This document shows, piece by piece, positions 1 to 10,616 of a stretch of DNA of 64,000 nt. Each line of letters starts with the position of its first letter. The stretch's first letter is position 1. Position numbers and translations under genes: made by a program. Source of the DNA: a virus (lineage: Duplodnaviria; Caudoviricetes); the IMG/VR virus record IMGVR_UViG_2654588048_000003, positions 14,809 to 78,808 of that record; one strand, 5' to 3'. The notes beneath the pieces were generated by a model. The model worked only from the letters and a program-made list of their open reading frames with translations, had not been told where the DNA came from and ran no database searches.

Positions 1-215
1 ATGGGTTCATCCATTCGGTGCTGCCAGAGCAGCGCAGGCAGGCCACCTTTTTCACCCCATTGCTTCAGCGTATTGGCAAACGCACCGGGTAAAACGATGT
101 CATCAGCGCTGTCTTTGAGTCCGAACACTGAGCCGTAACCCTCAAACTCACCGGAATCGCTGACCGATTTGATTCTCAGGGGCATATCAAGCCGTTGCTT
201 GGTTATCATCGGCAT
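1..215 (-). CDS. HK97-family prohead protease (N-terminal part, truncated by window edge)
   Basis: Hand translation MPMITKQRLDMPLRIKSVSDSGEFEGYGSVFG...ALLWQH; follows portal. Confidence 0.9.
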   Translation of the reverse strand, partial: MPMITKQRLDMPLRIKSVSDSGEFEGYGSVFGLKDSADDIVLPGAFANTLKQWGEKGGLPALLWQHRMDEP

Positions 216-1407
216 GGGATTCTTCCTCTTTTGTCGGGGCTTGTTCGGGTTTCGTGGTCATGTTCATCGGCGTGAGATAAATATCACCGCCCTCGCGGGG
301 ATTGAGTTCTTCCAGCTCCCGGCATTCGTTCGGTGCATAAATGCCCCAGTTAATGCCGGTGGCATAGGCTTCAAAGCGGGATTTCATGTCCCCGCGTAGC
401 AAAGCCCCGGTGTTGAACTTGGCATAAAACCGCCCCTGTTTAGTAGTTTTAACCAGCCCGGCATTGATACGCTGTTCAATGCGGGTGAGGTAAGGTACCA
501 GCGAGTAATTAATAAACCCGATCCCCAGATTTTCGATGTTGTTAAAGGTGGCGCGGTCGGTGTTCTGCACCATATGCAACGGTACCCGGAAGATGCGGCA
601 GATTTCCTCAAGCTGAAACTTGCGGGTTTCCAGAAACTGCGCATCCTCAGCCGATAAACTGATTTGATGCCATTTCAGCCCCATTTCCAGGATCATCGGC
701 TTATGGGCGTTGACCAGCCCCTGATGACGGGCTTCAAAATCTGTCTTCAGTCGGCTATACGCCTCGTCTTTCAGTGCCTGATCCGTTTGCAGGACGCCAC
801 TGGTGACTGCCCCGTTACCAAACAACCGTGAACCATGCTCTTCGAGCCCAATCGCTTGCCGGGCGTAGGTGATGGGGCTTAACCCGGTCAGGCCATCCAG
901 CGTAAAAATGCGCACATGCCAGAGTTCATCCTGCGTCAGTGTCCGGTTTTCTCCGTTCGGAAAGGTCACCTGATATTCCGGCTGCCAGCCATTATTGAGT
1001 TTTGAGGTGACGCTGCCCGGATCGAGGGGCAGTAACTCCACCACTTCCCCAAGTACTTTTATTTTGTAAGCGTAGAAATTTCCCCGCAGACACAGACAGG
1101 CAATCAGCAGTTCCCAGAACTCCTGCGGAGTCATGTAGTTATTGGGGTTTACCGACAGCAGCTTATGCAGCCGTTCACGGGTTGCCCGTTTATTGCCGCG
1201 ATCCAGTTGCTCATACAGCGAACAGGGCAGCATGCCGACCGATTCCGCCAACACCCGCACACAACTGAACACGGCGGTTAGCTGCATGGCTAACTGCGGA
1301 CTGACCCGCCGTCCACTGTAAGAGTCATAAGACAGGCCGATCAGCTCACTTAAGTCACGGGAGGTCATGGAGTCGGCGGATTTGCGAAATAATCCGGGGA
1401 AAAACAT
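187..1407 (-). CDS. HK97-family portal protein
   Basis: 406 aa; AVFSCVRVLAESVG, QFLETRKFQLEEICRIFRVP motifs. Confidence 0.95.
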   Translation of the reverse strand: MFFPGLFRKSADSMTSRDLSELIGLSYDSYSGRRVSPQLAMQLTAVFSCVRVLAESVGMLPCSLYEQLDRGNKRATRERLHKLLSVNPNNYMTPQEFWELLIACLCLRGNFYAYKIKVLGEVVELLPLDPGSVTSKLNNGWQPEYQVTFPNGENRTLTQDELWHVRIFTLDGLTGLSPITYARQAIGLEEHGSRLFGNGAVTSGVLQTDQALKDEAYSRLKTDFEARHQGLVNAHKPMILEMGLKWHQISLSAEDAQFLETRKFQLEEICRIFRVPLHMVQNTDRATFNNIENLGIGFINYSLVPYLTRIEQRINAGLVKTTKQGRFYAKFNTGALLRGDMKSRFEAYATGINWGIYAPNECRELEELNPREGGDIYLTPMNMTTKPEQAPTKEEESHADDNQATA

Positions 1408-1583
1408 CAGGTCTCCTTATCGGGTTTCTGGCTCAACATACGTGAGACCAGATACGACCAGCCGAGGCACAGGCTGCCGGCAACCATAAATCCTGCGGCC
1501 GATAGCAGCAGCCATGCACCGTAAGACAGCAAAGTGCCGCCTGCCAGCCCAACCAACAGGGCAGCAATCATTAATCTTTTCAT
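1407..1583 (-). CDS. Small hydrophobic protein (58 aa) between terL and portal; not in ORF track
   Basis: MKRLMIAALLVGLAGGTLLSYGAWLLLSAAGFMVAGSLCLGWSYLVSRMLSQKPDKET; TGA overlaps portal ATG. Confidence 0.75.
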   Translation of the reverse strand: MKRLMIAALLVGLAGGTLLSYGAWLLLSAAGFMVAGSLCLGWSYLVSRMLSQKPDKET

Positions 1584-1592
1584 GAAAAAACC

Positions 1593-3323
1593 TCAGAGTG
1601 AGCGAACACCGTGGGAGATCAAATGATCTGAGAGACTGGGTTCTTCGTGCAAAATAGCCCGCCCCATCGCCATAATCAGCGCTACCACGCCATCAATTTT
1701 GCTGTCTTTATGCTCTTTGATGGGGCGCACAATGTCATCATTTCCACCCATCGTTTTCCCGACGACATTGCCGATACACCAGGACATAATCGGATTACCG
1801 TCATGATGGAAACGACCGGACTGGATGGCGGCCTCCAGCTCTTTCATCGGATCGCTCATGTGAGTGAAATTCTGGGTAATGATGATGGGGTTAATACCCT
1901 CATCCGCCAGTGAGTGAGATAAGCCAGTTGCCCCAAAGGGATCAATCGGGGCTTCATTGACTGGGTTCAGGTGACAGGCGAGTTTGGCTTCTTCAAGGAT
2001 GTAGCGGTAATCCACTTCAGCACCTTCCGTCACGGTCAGCAGATCCATTTCCACCCATTTCTGAAAACGCTCAGCACTGCGCCGATTTTCGTTCTGTTCC
2101 ACACTGTAGACCGTGTCATACGGCACCCAGAAACGTGGGGCGATACTGTAGAAATGGCGTTTGCCGTCAATCTCACGGACAAAAAGCCGTGCCATGCTGT
2201 TCATATCCAGCTTGCGGGCGAGATCAAAGGCTAGAAAACAAGGCTGGCCCTCGAACTGTTCCAGCGTCAGTGAAGTATCTTCGCACTGTTTCCAGTTCAC
2301 CATATTGAAGTAAGCCTCCCGCGCAGAAACCCAAATATTCAGGTGTTTGGTCTTAAATACGCTGGCTAAACGCGGGTTATTCAGGGCGCGTTGTTGCTGA
2401 CTCAGCAGGAAATCGGCATACACCGAGACGCCCATATTGGGATTGGCTTTGCGTAATACCTCCGGTGAGGTCCAGTCATCGCCTTCATCCACGGTATAGA
2501 TCACACCAAACAATTCCTCGTTAGGCACATTGCCGGACAGCATTTCAATCACTTCGCGCCGCTTGTCATAACACGGGCCTTCAATGTTGTAACCTGCCGT
2601 GGTGATCGCCCACATCAGCGGCTGTCGCCGTGCTCCCATTCCCGTGAGCATGGTGGTGTAGAGATCATCGGTATCGTGTTCATGATACTCATCCACAATC
2701 GCACAACTGGGTGACTGGCCATCTCCGGGATTGCCGATCAGCGGCTCAAACCGGGCACCGTCTGCCGAACGATTCATATTGGAAGCATTCACTTCAATGC
2801 CGAATGCCTCAAGTAGCAGCGGGGTACGCTTGCACATCAATCGCGCGGGGCGGAACACTTCCCACGCCTGTTTCTCCGTGGTCGCGCCGGAATACACTTC
2901 CGCGCCGAATTCGTTATCACAGGTAAAGCAATAGAGTGCCACGCCCGCTGAAATCGCGGACTTGCCATTTTTACGCGGAATTTCGGTATAGACTTCCCGA
3001 AAACGGCGTAACCGGCTGCCCTTATGTACCCAGCCAAAGGCCAAACAGATAATAAATAGTTGCCACGGTTCCAGCGTGATCGGCATGCGCTTAAACGCCC
3101 ATTCACCTTTGGTATGCGGCAGTAGCTGGATAAATTTCGCGGCGCGTTCGGCCAAATCTTTATCAAACCGATACTTGAACTGCTTGCTCTTTTCCTTATT
3201 CAGATTATCCACATGCCGCTGACAGGCTTCCCTGGCATAGCGACCGACTTCAATTTTGCCGCGCACGACATCACGGACATATTGGTTCGCCGCATTGACA
3301 TTCAGATAAGATTTGCGGCTCAT
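1593..3323 (-). CDS. terL: Terminase large subunit
   Basis: PRKNGKS Walker A, IVDEYHEH Walker [12 protein letters not shown]. Confidence 0.96.
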   Translation of the reverse strand: MSRKSYLNVNAANQYVRDVVRGKIEVGRYAREACQRHVDNLNKEKSKQFKYRFDKDLAERAAKFIQLLPHTKGEWAFKRMPITLEPWQLFIICLAFGWVHKGSRLRRFREVYTEIPRKNGKSAISAGVALYCFTCDNEFGAEVYSGATTEKQAWEVFRPARLMCKRTPLLLEAFGIEVNASNMNRSADGARFEPLIGNPGDGQSPSCAIVDEYHEHDTDDLYTTMLTGMGARRQPLMWAITTAGYNIEGPCYDKRREVIEMLSGNVPNEELFGVIYTVDEGDDWTSPEVLRKANPNMGVSVYADFLLSQQQRALNNPRLASVFKTKHLNIWVSAREAYFNMVNWKQCEDTSLTLEQFEGQPCFLAFDLARKLDMNSMARLFVREIDGKRHFYSIAPRFWVPYDTVYSVEQNENRRSAERFQKWVEMDLLTVTEGAEVDYRYILEEAKLACHLNPVNEAPIDPFGATGLSHSLADEGINPIIITQNFTHMSDPMKELEAAIQSGRFHHDGNPIMSWCIGNVVGKTMGGNDDIVRPIKEHKDSKIDGVVALIMAMGRAILHEEPSLSDHLISHGVRSL

Positions 3324-3814
3324 GATGAGATCATCCTCATAAATGGATTGTCCGTTTTGGCCTGACCCGCCGCCCCAATCAGTCGCTGACGGCTGCTTGG
3401 ATCTAAACCTAGCATGGAACCAGTGGTATCCATTTCAGACTGTTGCTCTTTTTTGGCGGTCAGCTCTGGGTTTTTAATCGGGCCGCCAGTTGCTCCGGTC
3501 ACGGTATTGCCCTGCTGGGCAATATTCACCACAGCGTTGCGCCAGAATTGGTAAGCCACACACCAGCGTTCGAGCACCGCGAGGTCAGTCACGCACAGTA
3601 ACCCCTGTGCGCATAACTCCTTGCTGGTTAGCTCCCACATCACCCCAGCCAGCGACATTTTACTCTCAGCAAACCAGTCCGGCGGTGAAACACTTATCAA
3701 CGGGGTAAAAGTCGGTTCATCCCGGTTCAGCTTGCGTTTGCCCGGATTGCCTGCCAGTGCTTTGCGTGCCGTCGGCTTGGGGCGACGACCTGACTTGCCC
3801 GCCGTTCCGGCCAT
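3320..3814 (-). CDS. terS: Terminase small subunit, P27 family
   Basis: GRRPKPT...GNPGKR...LGLDPSSR motifs. Confidence 0.92.
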   Translation of the reverse strand: MAGTAGKSGRRPKPTARKALAGNPGKRKLNRDEPTFTPLISVSPPDWFAESKMSLAGVMWELTSKELCAQGLLCVTDLAVLERWCVAYQFWRNAVVNIAQQGNTVTGATGGPIKNPELTAKKEQQSEMDTTGSMLGLDPSSRQRLIGAAGQAKTDNPFMRMISS

Positions 3815-3879
3815 ACACAGCACCTCCCGTGCTCAAAAACAGTGAAAGAGGGATAAAAGCATCCGATTTAAATTTCATT

Positions 3880-3957
3880 TTTCGCGGGTATGAAAAAAGA
3901 CCCAAGGTGGCGGTCCTTGGGAGCAAGAGAGGTAGGGATTTGACCCGCCCCTCCCCC
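3880..3957 (-). other. Probable cos/packaging region
   Basis: Between HNH and terS; G-rich tract and ACCGCCACC motif resembling HK97-type cos regions; cut site not determinable. Confidence 0.5.
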
Positions 3958-4011
3958 GATAACGATAACATCTACAATGATTGCCATTAGAAATTAATAT
4001 TCACTCAACCT

Positions 4012-4362
4012 TTAGCGTAATCGCTCTGTCGCGGTCTTCTGTCGATGGCAGGATTCACACAATAACTGTAAGTTGCTTAACGCATCAGTGCCGCCGTGGG
4101 CTTTGGGTTGGATATGGTCAACCGTGGAGCCGGTGACCTCTCGCCCCCGCCGTAAGCAGTGCTGGCACAGGTGGTTATCCCGCTGTTTGACTCGTATCTT
4201 TAGCTTATCCCATTTGTTGCCGTAGCCACGGGCATGTCGGCTCTTACCCTGTTGGTGATATTGCCAGCCTATGTGCAGATGTTCAGTACAGTAACCACTG
4301 CGATCGGTAGTGGTTTTGGGGCAACCTGACTTGCGGCAGGCGCGAGGGATGCGGGGTGGCAT
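4012..4362 (-). CDS. Terminase-associated HNH endonuclease (HK97 gp74-like)
   Basis: RGYG..W, CQHC, VDHIQP, NLQLLCESCH. Confidence 0.92.
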   Translation of the reverse strand: MPPRIPRACRKSGCPKTTTDRSGYCTEHLHIGWQYHQQGKSRHARGYGNKWDKLKIRVKQRDNHLCQHCLRRGREVTGSTVDHIQPKAHGGTDALSNLQLLCESCHRQKTATERLR

Positions 4363-4402
4363 ATTCTGGCCTCCACATAGCAAAAAACCACCCGAAGGTG
4401 GT

Positions 4403-4900
4403 TTACTTGAATTCTATTAAACCTTTAGTCAGTTCTGGTAATACATCTAATAATACATCCCTTTCCATGCTTCCACGGATATAAGAGTAATGAAAAGGCA
4501 TAAAGTTATTAAACTTATCCTTATATTTAGTTTCAAACTTGTTGGTTCCAGTTTTGCTAACCATTAATGCTATTTTTAATGATGCAAATTGGGTAAGCAA
4601 TAAATCATAAGTACCATCAAGTTTGCTTAATTCAGTTGAGTATTGCATTCTTTCGTCACTTGTTATTATATCAGGGCATTTTTCAAGACAAGAGATATAT
4701 TGCATCAGTGCAGTAGCCCATAGTTGTTCTTCCTTCACTATCAATTGATTTTTCCAAGCAGACGCGTTAAACAAAGCTACTAATACAGCGAAAAAAGTTG
4801 CAATTCCCGCAAACCAAGTACCAAACATTGCCCAATATGCCCATTTGGCTGATTGCTGTGCCGCTATCATGGCTTCAAAACTAATCAAATCTGTATCCAT
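4403..4900 (-). CDS. AT-rich moron, membrane-anchored hypothetical protein
   Basis: N-terminal hydrophobic helix; own terminator at ~4383-4403. Confidence 0.75.
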   Translation of the reverse strand: MDTDLISFEAMIAAQQSAKWAYWAMFGTWFAGIATFFAVLVALFNASAWKNQLIVKEEQLWATALMQYISCLEKCPDIITSDERMQYSTELSKLDGTYDLLLTQFASLKIALMVSKTGTNKFETKYKDKFNNFMPFHYSYIRGSMERDVLLDVLPELTKGLIEFK

Positions 4901-5051
4901 AAAGAACCTCATTAAGTGATCGTGAGGTTATTATCCTTGAAAAAAATTGGAACTTTCAATATGTTTTGTGACCTTGAGTTTTAACCTATTCAGAATAAAT
5001 AACTACCTCGGTTTATATAATCCCCCACTGTTCAATATGGTGGGATAGCTA

Positions 5052-5504
5052 TTAGTACAAACACTCCGTTTTGATGTAATCTTGTAAGTACTTGGTCTGC
5101 TGCACGTTCTCCACCATCATTCGGAGGAGATCGTAATAATTTTGTTTAGCTGACTCTGTAAGTTGTGGGGGCCCTGCATCGCCCACGCTGCCGGAGGAAG
5201 TGGTTTCTGACACAGGACAGGTGGCTTGGATGAGCAGTTTACGACGGCCAGCGGCAACATCAGCCCGAAGAGTGTCAATTTCAGTCTTGGCATTGGCAAG
5301 TTCCTGAGTGTGGCGGGTATCCAGTTCATGCAGTATTTCAATATGCGTGTTCTGGTAGTTAATAGTGTCAGTCAGTTGCTGGATTTCAGTTATCTGGCCG
5401 CTATTAATACCGAGCTGTTTTTTATATCCAGAGCGGTATAAGAAAGCTGCGGCTGATGCAATAATCAATGCAATAACAACTCCGGAGGTGAAATTAAGCT
5501 TCAT
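5052..5504 (-). CDS. Rz: Rz-like i-spanin
   Basis: N-terminal TM, coiled coil, LRADVAAGRRKL, YLQDYIKTECL. Confidence 0.9.
   Translation of the reverse strand: MKLNFTSGVVIALIIASAAAFLYRSGYKKQLGINSGQITEIQQLTDTINYQNTHIEILHELDTRHTQELANAKTEIDTLRADVAAGRRKLLIQATCPVSETTSSGSVGDAGPPQLTESAKQNYYDLLRMMVENVQQTKYLQDYIKTECLY
5117..5293 (-). CDS. Rz1: Embedded Rz1-like o-spanin
   Basis: MPRLKLTLFGLMLPLAVVNC signal, Pro-rich, nested in Rz. Confidence 0.7.
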   Translation of the reverse strand: MPRLKLTLFGLMLPLAVVNCSSKPPVLCQKPLPPAAWAMQGPHNLQSQLNKIITISSE

Positions 5505-5515
5505 GATAAAAACAT

Positions 5516-5935
5516 CTAGCGCTCAGATGTCCTGCGATTATCCAGCCCACGCATAACCTTGCCTGCTGCTTTATTCCATCGGGAAAACTCTGCCGCTGCG
5601 CCGGTGTAATCACTTTGATTGAGTTTCTTCAATAAAGTGGAACCCGAAAAGTTCCCGCTGCCACAATTGAAGATAAACGAGCACAAGGCATCGAACTGGC
5701 TTTGACTCAAAGGAACTTTAACCAATCTTCTTAAGGTGGTGTATATAGGTTGGAGATCATCATGTAGGAATGCTTCGGCTTGCTGCTCTGTAATCACGTC
5801 CCCTTTTTTAACTCCTTTTGTATGACCATAACCAATGGTCCACGGCATACCGCCGGTTGCGGGATCAGGGTAGGCTTTTCGTTTCAGACCTTCGTACCGT
5901 TTGATACACTCAAGACCTTTATTGCTGATTTCCAT
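5516..5935 (-). CDS. GH24 lysozyme, with apparent premature TAG 5 codons before the natural end
   Basis: EG..KAYPDP..WTIGYGHT; reading past TAG gives MFLS-TGA overlapping the Rz ATG. Confidence 0.9.
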   Translation of the reverse strand: MEISNKGLECIKRYEGLKRKAYPDPATGGMPWTIGYGHTKGVKKGDVITEQQAEAFLHDDLQPIYTTLRRLVKVPLSQSQFDALCSFIFNCGSGNFSGSTLLKKLNQSDYTGAAAEFSRWNKAAGKVMRGLDNRRTSER

Positions 5936-6257
5936 CAGAAGAAGCTCCTGCTCTTTTCTTTGCCGCCTTACGCAACAATTGGCCGATAAAGTCCGTACCC
6001 AAATAACCTATTACCACACTGCCGATATAAGCTAAATCAGGATTCAAACCAAATAGATTTAATACATCACGAATGAACCAGGCAAACATGGCACACATAA
6101 AGGCATCGCTTGAGACTTTTAGCCAGCCGCTGCCATTATATCTGCCTCGGAGAAATGCCATTGTTCCGGCAAGGGTTGCACCAATACCTTGCTCTTTTAT
6201 CGAAGCAAGAAAGTCACCGATGTGTACCCAAATATCAGGATTTTCTTTCATCTTCAT
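5919..6257 (-). CDS. Lambda-family holin with dual-start MKM
   Basis: MKMKENP, MAFLRGRY, IGYLGTD, basic C-terminus. Confidence 0.9.
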   Translation of the reverse strand: MKMKENPDIWVHIGDFLASIKEQGIGATLAGTMAFLRGRYNGSGWLKVSSDAFMCAMFAWFIRDVLNLFGLNPDLAYIGSVVIGYLGTDFIGQLLRKAAKKRAGASSDGNQQ

Positions 6258-6436
6258 ATTTCCCTTACATTAGATAATGAGTGTTTGTCGAGTGAATGAG
6301 TTCACCCTTGTGAGTTGTAGTTTGTGGGAATTTATCTAATGTGATTCAGATCGGGGTATAAACAAAGAATTTTCACAACAAAAATATAAAGGCTACGCTG
6401 ATGGTTCGTAGCCTTAAACATATAAAAAAAGATTAA

Positions 6437-7660
6437 TTATTTATTGAGCCATGTTAAGAGGAGCCGCTTTGTTTCTCCTGTTTTTTTTAATACTCCACCT
6501 AAATTTAATAACTCTGAATCATCATATATATTATAAAAAATGCTGAATTTATTAGCAGGTCCACTTGCATCACCAGATGAAGGAATACCCAGCTTATAAA
6601 GCTTATCATCAACTGTTATATAAAGATTTTTCTCGAATAGCTCTGCTATTCTCTGAGCATTAAAGCGATCATAGGGAACATTAATGAAAAAAGTACCTCC
6701 ATTATAATAGAAAGCCAATACATCAGGAATCTTCGTATTATTTTTTATTATATTCAAGGTGCCAAAAACACCAAGTTTTTCACCATTTCCATCGACTCCA
6801 TCATGACCCGAATATCCATAATTTAAATACCCAGCCCCATAAGAATTACTACCAAACTTGATATCAAATTCCAATATATTATTTAAGTCAGGGCTAGGTA
6901 TATCATTCCAATTTAGGTAATACCGTTTAGAATGTTCGGATTGGCTCATTATTTTATAGAGTTTATCTATATCAGATGGATAATCATGTTCATAACTAAC
7001 TTTATAGGTTTTTTCTTCTTTGTTATCATCTGGAGAAAATACGCCATAGTGACCAATGTTATAGGTTGTGTCATCTATTGTAATATAAAGTTTTTTCTTG
7101 AGTAAATTCTCAAGGGTCTGATGGTTAGCTATATCATAAGATATCTTAAAAGAGAGATACCCTACAGGCATATCATTAAACGATCCCATTGCGGATTTAA
7201 AGAATAAAATTTCTTTAAAACCAACTTTATTCTGAATAATGTTTAAAGTGCCATACTGATTATCCACATATCCAACATATCCACTTTCGTTTCCTGATTT
7301 AAGGTCAAAAACCAGCATACTATCTTCTGGACATACCGCAGCCAACAAATTCCAGTCACAAGCCAACAAATCCTCCTGGGTTGGTGTCCAACGTGACCAA
7401 TAGCCGTCTTTATCGCTCTTCTCGATATAAGCAGCCCCATCATCCGCACTACCAGCTTCCGATTTATGGGCAAGACGCATATGCTCTATAGGAGCATTCC
7501 AACCACTGCGGTGTACCTGTTTACCTAAAAATATTTGGCTCAGCGCCCATGCGGAAGAGCCTACTGGTACAGCTATCTTCTCATTATCAGTATGATATTG
7601 ATTTGGATCGAATGGGCACTTAAGGGCAGCATTATTCTCTGGCTTATTAACTTTAGACAT
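6437..7660 (-). CDS. DUF2829/Tad2-like domain fused to two tandem unknown domains
   Basis: GKQVHRSGWN...WTPTQEDLLACDW; duplicated GTLNII.N...LYIT.DD..Y..G...KR..L.W. Confidence 0.8.
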   Translation of the reverse strand: MSKVNKPENNAALKCPFDPNQYHTDNEKIAVPVGSSAWALSQIFLGKQVHRSGWNAPIEHMRLAHKSEAGSADDGAAYIEKSDKDGYWSRWTPTQEDLLACDWNLLAAVCPEDSMLVFDLKSGNESGYVGYVDNQYGTLNIIQNKVGFKEILFFKSAMGSFNDMPVGYLSFKISYDIANHQTLENLLKKKLYITIDDTTYNIGHYGVFSPDDNKEEKTYKVSYEHDYPSDIDKLYKIMSQSEHSKRYYLNWNDIPSPDLNNILEFDIKFGSNSYGAGYLNYGYSGHDGVDGNGEKLGVFGTLNIIKNNTKIPDVLAFYYNGGTFFINVPYDRFNAQRIAELFEKNLYITVDDKLYKLGIPSSGDASGPANKFSIFYNIYDDSELLNLGGVLKKTGETKRLLLTWLNK

Positions 7661-8338
7661 AAACACCTCACTTAATTATTTATTAATAAAGGTAATTTCA
7701 TCCTGCGGTTAACACACCTGAAACCTTACTTAGGCCAAATTTTTATCTCAATCGGATTACGACTATAGTAAGCCTTATAATTTGAAAGGTGATAGATGAT
7801 TTATTGATCTACAAACTCAAATTTGCTATTTCTTGTTCCGTCTGCTTAAACCGTTCTTCTTCCAGCTCAACCCCCAACACGCGGCGATTAAATTTCAACG
7901 CCGCTTTCAATGTCGCCCCTGAGCCCATAAAGAAATCTGCCACCAAATCCCCTTCCCGGCTGCTGGATTGGATAATATGCGCCATTAAATCAGCCGGCTT
8001 TTCGCAAGGATGTTTGCCCGGATAATACTGCACTGGCGCAAAATGCCAGACATCGGTATAAGGCACTTCTGCCGTCACCATGAACGAGCGGCGCATTAAA
8101 CCGTATTCCTGCCGTAATTCGTCATACTGACGCGACAGGGTTAAATGAGAGTCCACCAGCTCAGAATACGGGGTGTTCAGTTCGCCACGCTGGCGCTTTT
8201 CTTTGGCGATACGCTCAAACAGTACCTGCAACTTTTGATAATCAACTTCACTAGGTAACTGCCACTGGCTATCACTGAACCAATGACTCGCCATCTGTTT
8301 CCCAGTGGCGGCGTGAATTTCTTTTGCCGTGACACCTA

Positions 8339-9181
8339 GATGGTGTCGTCATAAGACATTTAACCAAAGAGCAAGACAGCGGATCTGAACAGTAGCAAGA
8401 AATGAGGCACTATTTTTGGCATAACGGGTCGCTATACCCCGCCAGCGTTTAAGATGAAGAAAAGCATTTTCAACTAAATGCCTGAGTCGATAGAGTTCCC
8501 GATCATATTCTCGTTTCACTTTGCGATTTTTTCGGCCGGGAATTTGCGCTGCCATGCCTTGTTTTTCTGCTTGTTCAACAACGGTATTACTGTCATAGCC
8601 CCGATCCGCTAATAAATGTTCTGCATCTATTCCGTCAATCAAGGCCTCAGCTTGTGAGCAATCCGCTGTGGGACCGCTTGTAATAAGCGCTCTGATCGGC
8701 ATACCATGCGCATCCACGGCCAGATGTATCTTTGTATTGAGCCCCCTTTTGTGCGCCCCATATCCTGATTGCCTCCTGCCGCCCCTGCGGCGTGGGGATG
8801 AACCTTAATATGACTGGCGTCAATCATCAGCCATTCGAAATCGGGTTCAAAGATGAGTTCTTCAAGCAGTTCTTCCCATACGCCTTTGTCCCGCCACCGA
8901 CAAAAACGGCGATGCGTATTTTTCCAGTCGCCATAATCGGGCGGTAAATCTCGCCAGGGTGCGCCTGTCCGTAAAATCCAGAACACGGCATTAATAAATA
9001 ATCGATTATCATAAGCAACACGCCCCCAGGCTCCCTTACGTCCCGGCAGGTGAGGTTCAAGCAAACTCCAAATATGATCGGAAATATCGTGACGGCGGTG
9101 TACGGGTGTGCTCATGGTTAAGTCATCCATTCATGTAATATAGGGTTATTATTACATGAATTTATTTATGACGACACCATC
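8339..9181 (-). mobile_element. IS5-family (IS427-like) insertion sequence, 843 bp
   Basis: Perfect 16-bp TIR GATGGTGTCGTCATAA (8339-8354, 9166-9181); TA duplication at 8337-8338 and 9182-9183. Confidence 0.95.
8349..9130 (-). CDS. IS5-family transposase, orfA/orfB joined by probable -1 frameshift
   Basis: orfA LRTGAPWRDLP, IDAS; orfB ADRGYD, LYRLRHLVENAF; AAAAGGGGG slippery run at 8742-8750. Confidence 0.9.
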
Positions 9182-9788
9182 TAACGTTTTCCGGGCATCA
9201 CGAAAATAATCGACCAGCGGTTTAAATACCGACTGCTTGAGTTCCCGGCACTGCTTGAAATAGCCATCGCCTTTCGGGTGGTATGGCCCTTGGTAATGTT
9301 CGGCAAAAATAATACGTTCAGTGGCCGGAAAATACATACGCAGGCTTTCTTTATTCTGCCTGCGCCACGGGCCTGACGGTTTCGCCCAGATAATATGGTT
9401 CAGCACGTTAAACCGTTCCCGCACCAGCAGCTCAGTATCAGAGGCCAGACGCGAACCGCAGAACATATACAGGCTGCCGTTCGGTTTCAGTACCCGCCAG
9501 AACTCAGCCAGCAGTTCATCCAGCCATGCAAGGTAGGCCGTGACATCTGCCCACTGGTTATCCCAGCTGCAATCTTTCACGCGAAAGTACGGCGGGTCAG
9601 TGGCGATTAAGTCGATGCAGTTATCCGGCAGGGTTTTGATAAATTTCAGGGAGTCGTCGTTGACTAATGTGACAGGGCGTAAATCCATCCACTTTTTTCC
9701 TCTCGACGCTGGCTGTTCTCAGGAAAGCCACAACACGAAAGGCCGGCATTAACCGGCCTGCTATTTCACGTCCTGGGAAATAGCCCCA

Positions 9789-9989
9789 TCAGGGATAACG
9801 TTTGAAAAACGTGTCATCATCCCGGCTTTCCATTAAACCCGCCAGACGAAATTGCGTTAACAGTAATTGGCAACGGGGTTCAGGCAGCCCCATTAATTTA
9901 GAAACTTCAGAAACAGAAAACCACGTATACAAAGGAACGGCGTCTAAAACACAGGCGGCTGTTATTGTCATATCTTCATGTTTTAGCAT
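9789..9989 (-). CDS. Small winged-HTH-like phage protein
   Basis: 66 aa; SVSEVSKLMGLPEPRC; lies between pR' and MTase. Confidence 0.6.
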   Translation of the reverse strand: MLKHEDMTITAACVLDAVPLYTWFSVSEVSKLMGLPEPRCQLLLTQFRLAGLMESRDDDTFFKRYP

Positions 9990-10081
9990 GATAAATTTAA
10001 TCCTATGGTCAGTTTTTGTGCATAAACACACATGTAACTCTGACCCATCACAACAGCAAGTCTTATGTTTATTTCAGGCGT

Positions 10082-10108
10082 AAAAAAACCTTGCACGGGG
10101 CAAGGTTT
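10082..10108 (-). terminator. tR'-like intrinsic terminator
   Basis: AACCTTGC-N5-GCAAGGTT stem with U-tract on minus strand. Confidence 0.7.
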
Positions 10109-10156
10109 AACATGTCTGGTATTAATAAGCCTGGTGACTTTACAATCACGCTTATC

Positions 10157-10184
10157 ACAATAGCACCGCTTTTACGATCGTAAA
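10157..10184 (-). promoter_or_regulatory. Late promoter pR' with qut-like palindrome
   Basis: TTTACG-16-TATTGT right after Q; TTTACGATCGTAAA palindrome at 10171-10184. Confidence 0.6.
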
Positions 10185-10193
10185 GATTTATTT

Positions 10194-10598
10194 TTACAAG
10201 CAGCCACATAATGGGTGTTGTGCTAACGGGATGTCTTTATCCATTTCCAGTGAGATATCCAGCATCATTAACATCCCTTCAATAACGCCTTCGGCCTTTT
10301 GTAATCGCTTCCCGATATACGTATCAGAACAATGATGATCACGAGATAATTGCATAAATGTTTTACCAAAGACGTAATAATCAAAGAGCAGGTCATGGGC
10401 ATCACTATGCTTCTGATTCAGTTTTGCCATGCAACTGGCGATAATCATGGCGTCATCATCACAACATTGTACGCGGGATTTCACTCTGTTCGGGATTAAT
10501 CCTTTGAAGCCCACCGCAATGGATGACCAGTAAACCCCATCGCGATTATCAGCCGCCCATGCCCCCCAGCGTTCCATGACTAATTGAATATCACGCAT
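10194..10598 (-). CDS. Q: Antitermination protein Q
   Basis: [15 protein letters not shown]...CCDDDA...LQKAEG.IEGML. Confidence 0.92.
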   Translation of the reverse strand: MRDIQLVMERWGAWAADNRDGVYWSSIAVGFKGLIPNRVKSRVQCCDDDAMIIASCMAKLNQKHSDAHDLLFDYYVFGKTFMQLSRDHHCSDTYIGKRLQKAEGVIEGMLMMLDISLEMDKDIPLAQHPLCGCL

Positions 10599-10616
10599 TC
10601 GCACACTCCCTTGTGA

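Larger units (their letters stand above)
7809..9688 (-). pseudogene. Phage N4/N6 DNA methyltransferase interrupted by IS
   Basis: DPPY in 5' part; HPCEKP and DFFMGSG in 3' part; removing the IS restores the frame ...DARKTLGVTAKEIHAATGKQMASHW. Confidence 0.93.
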
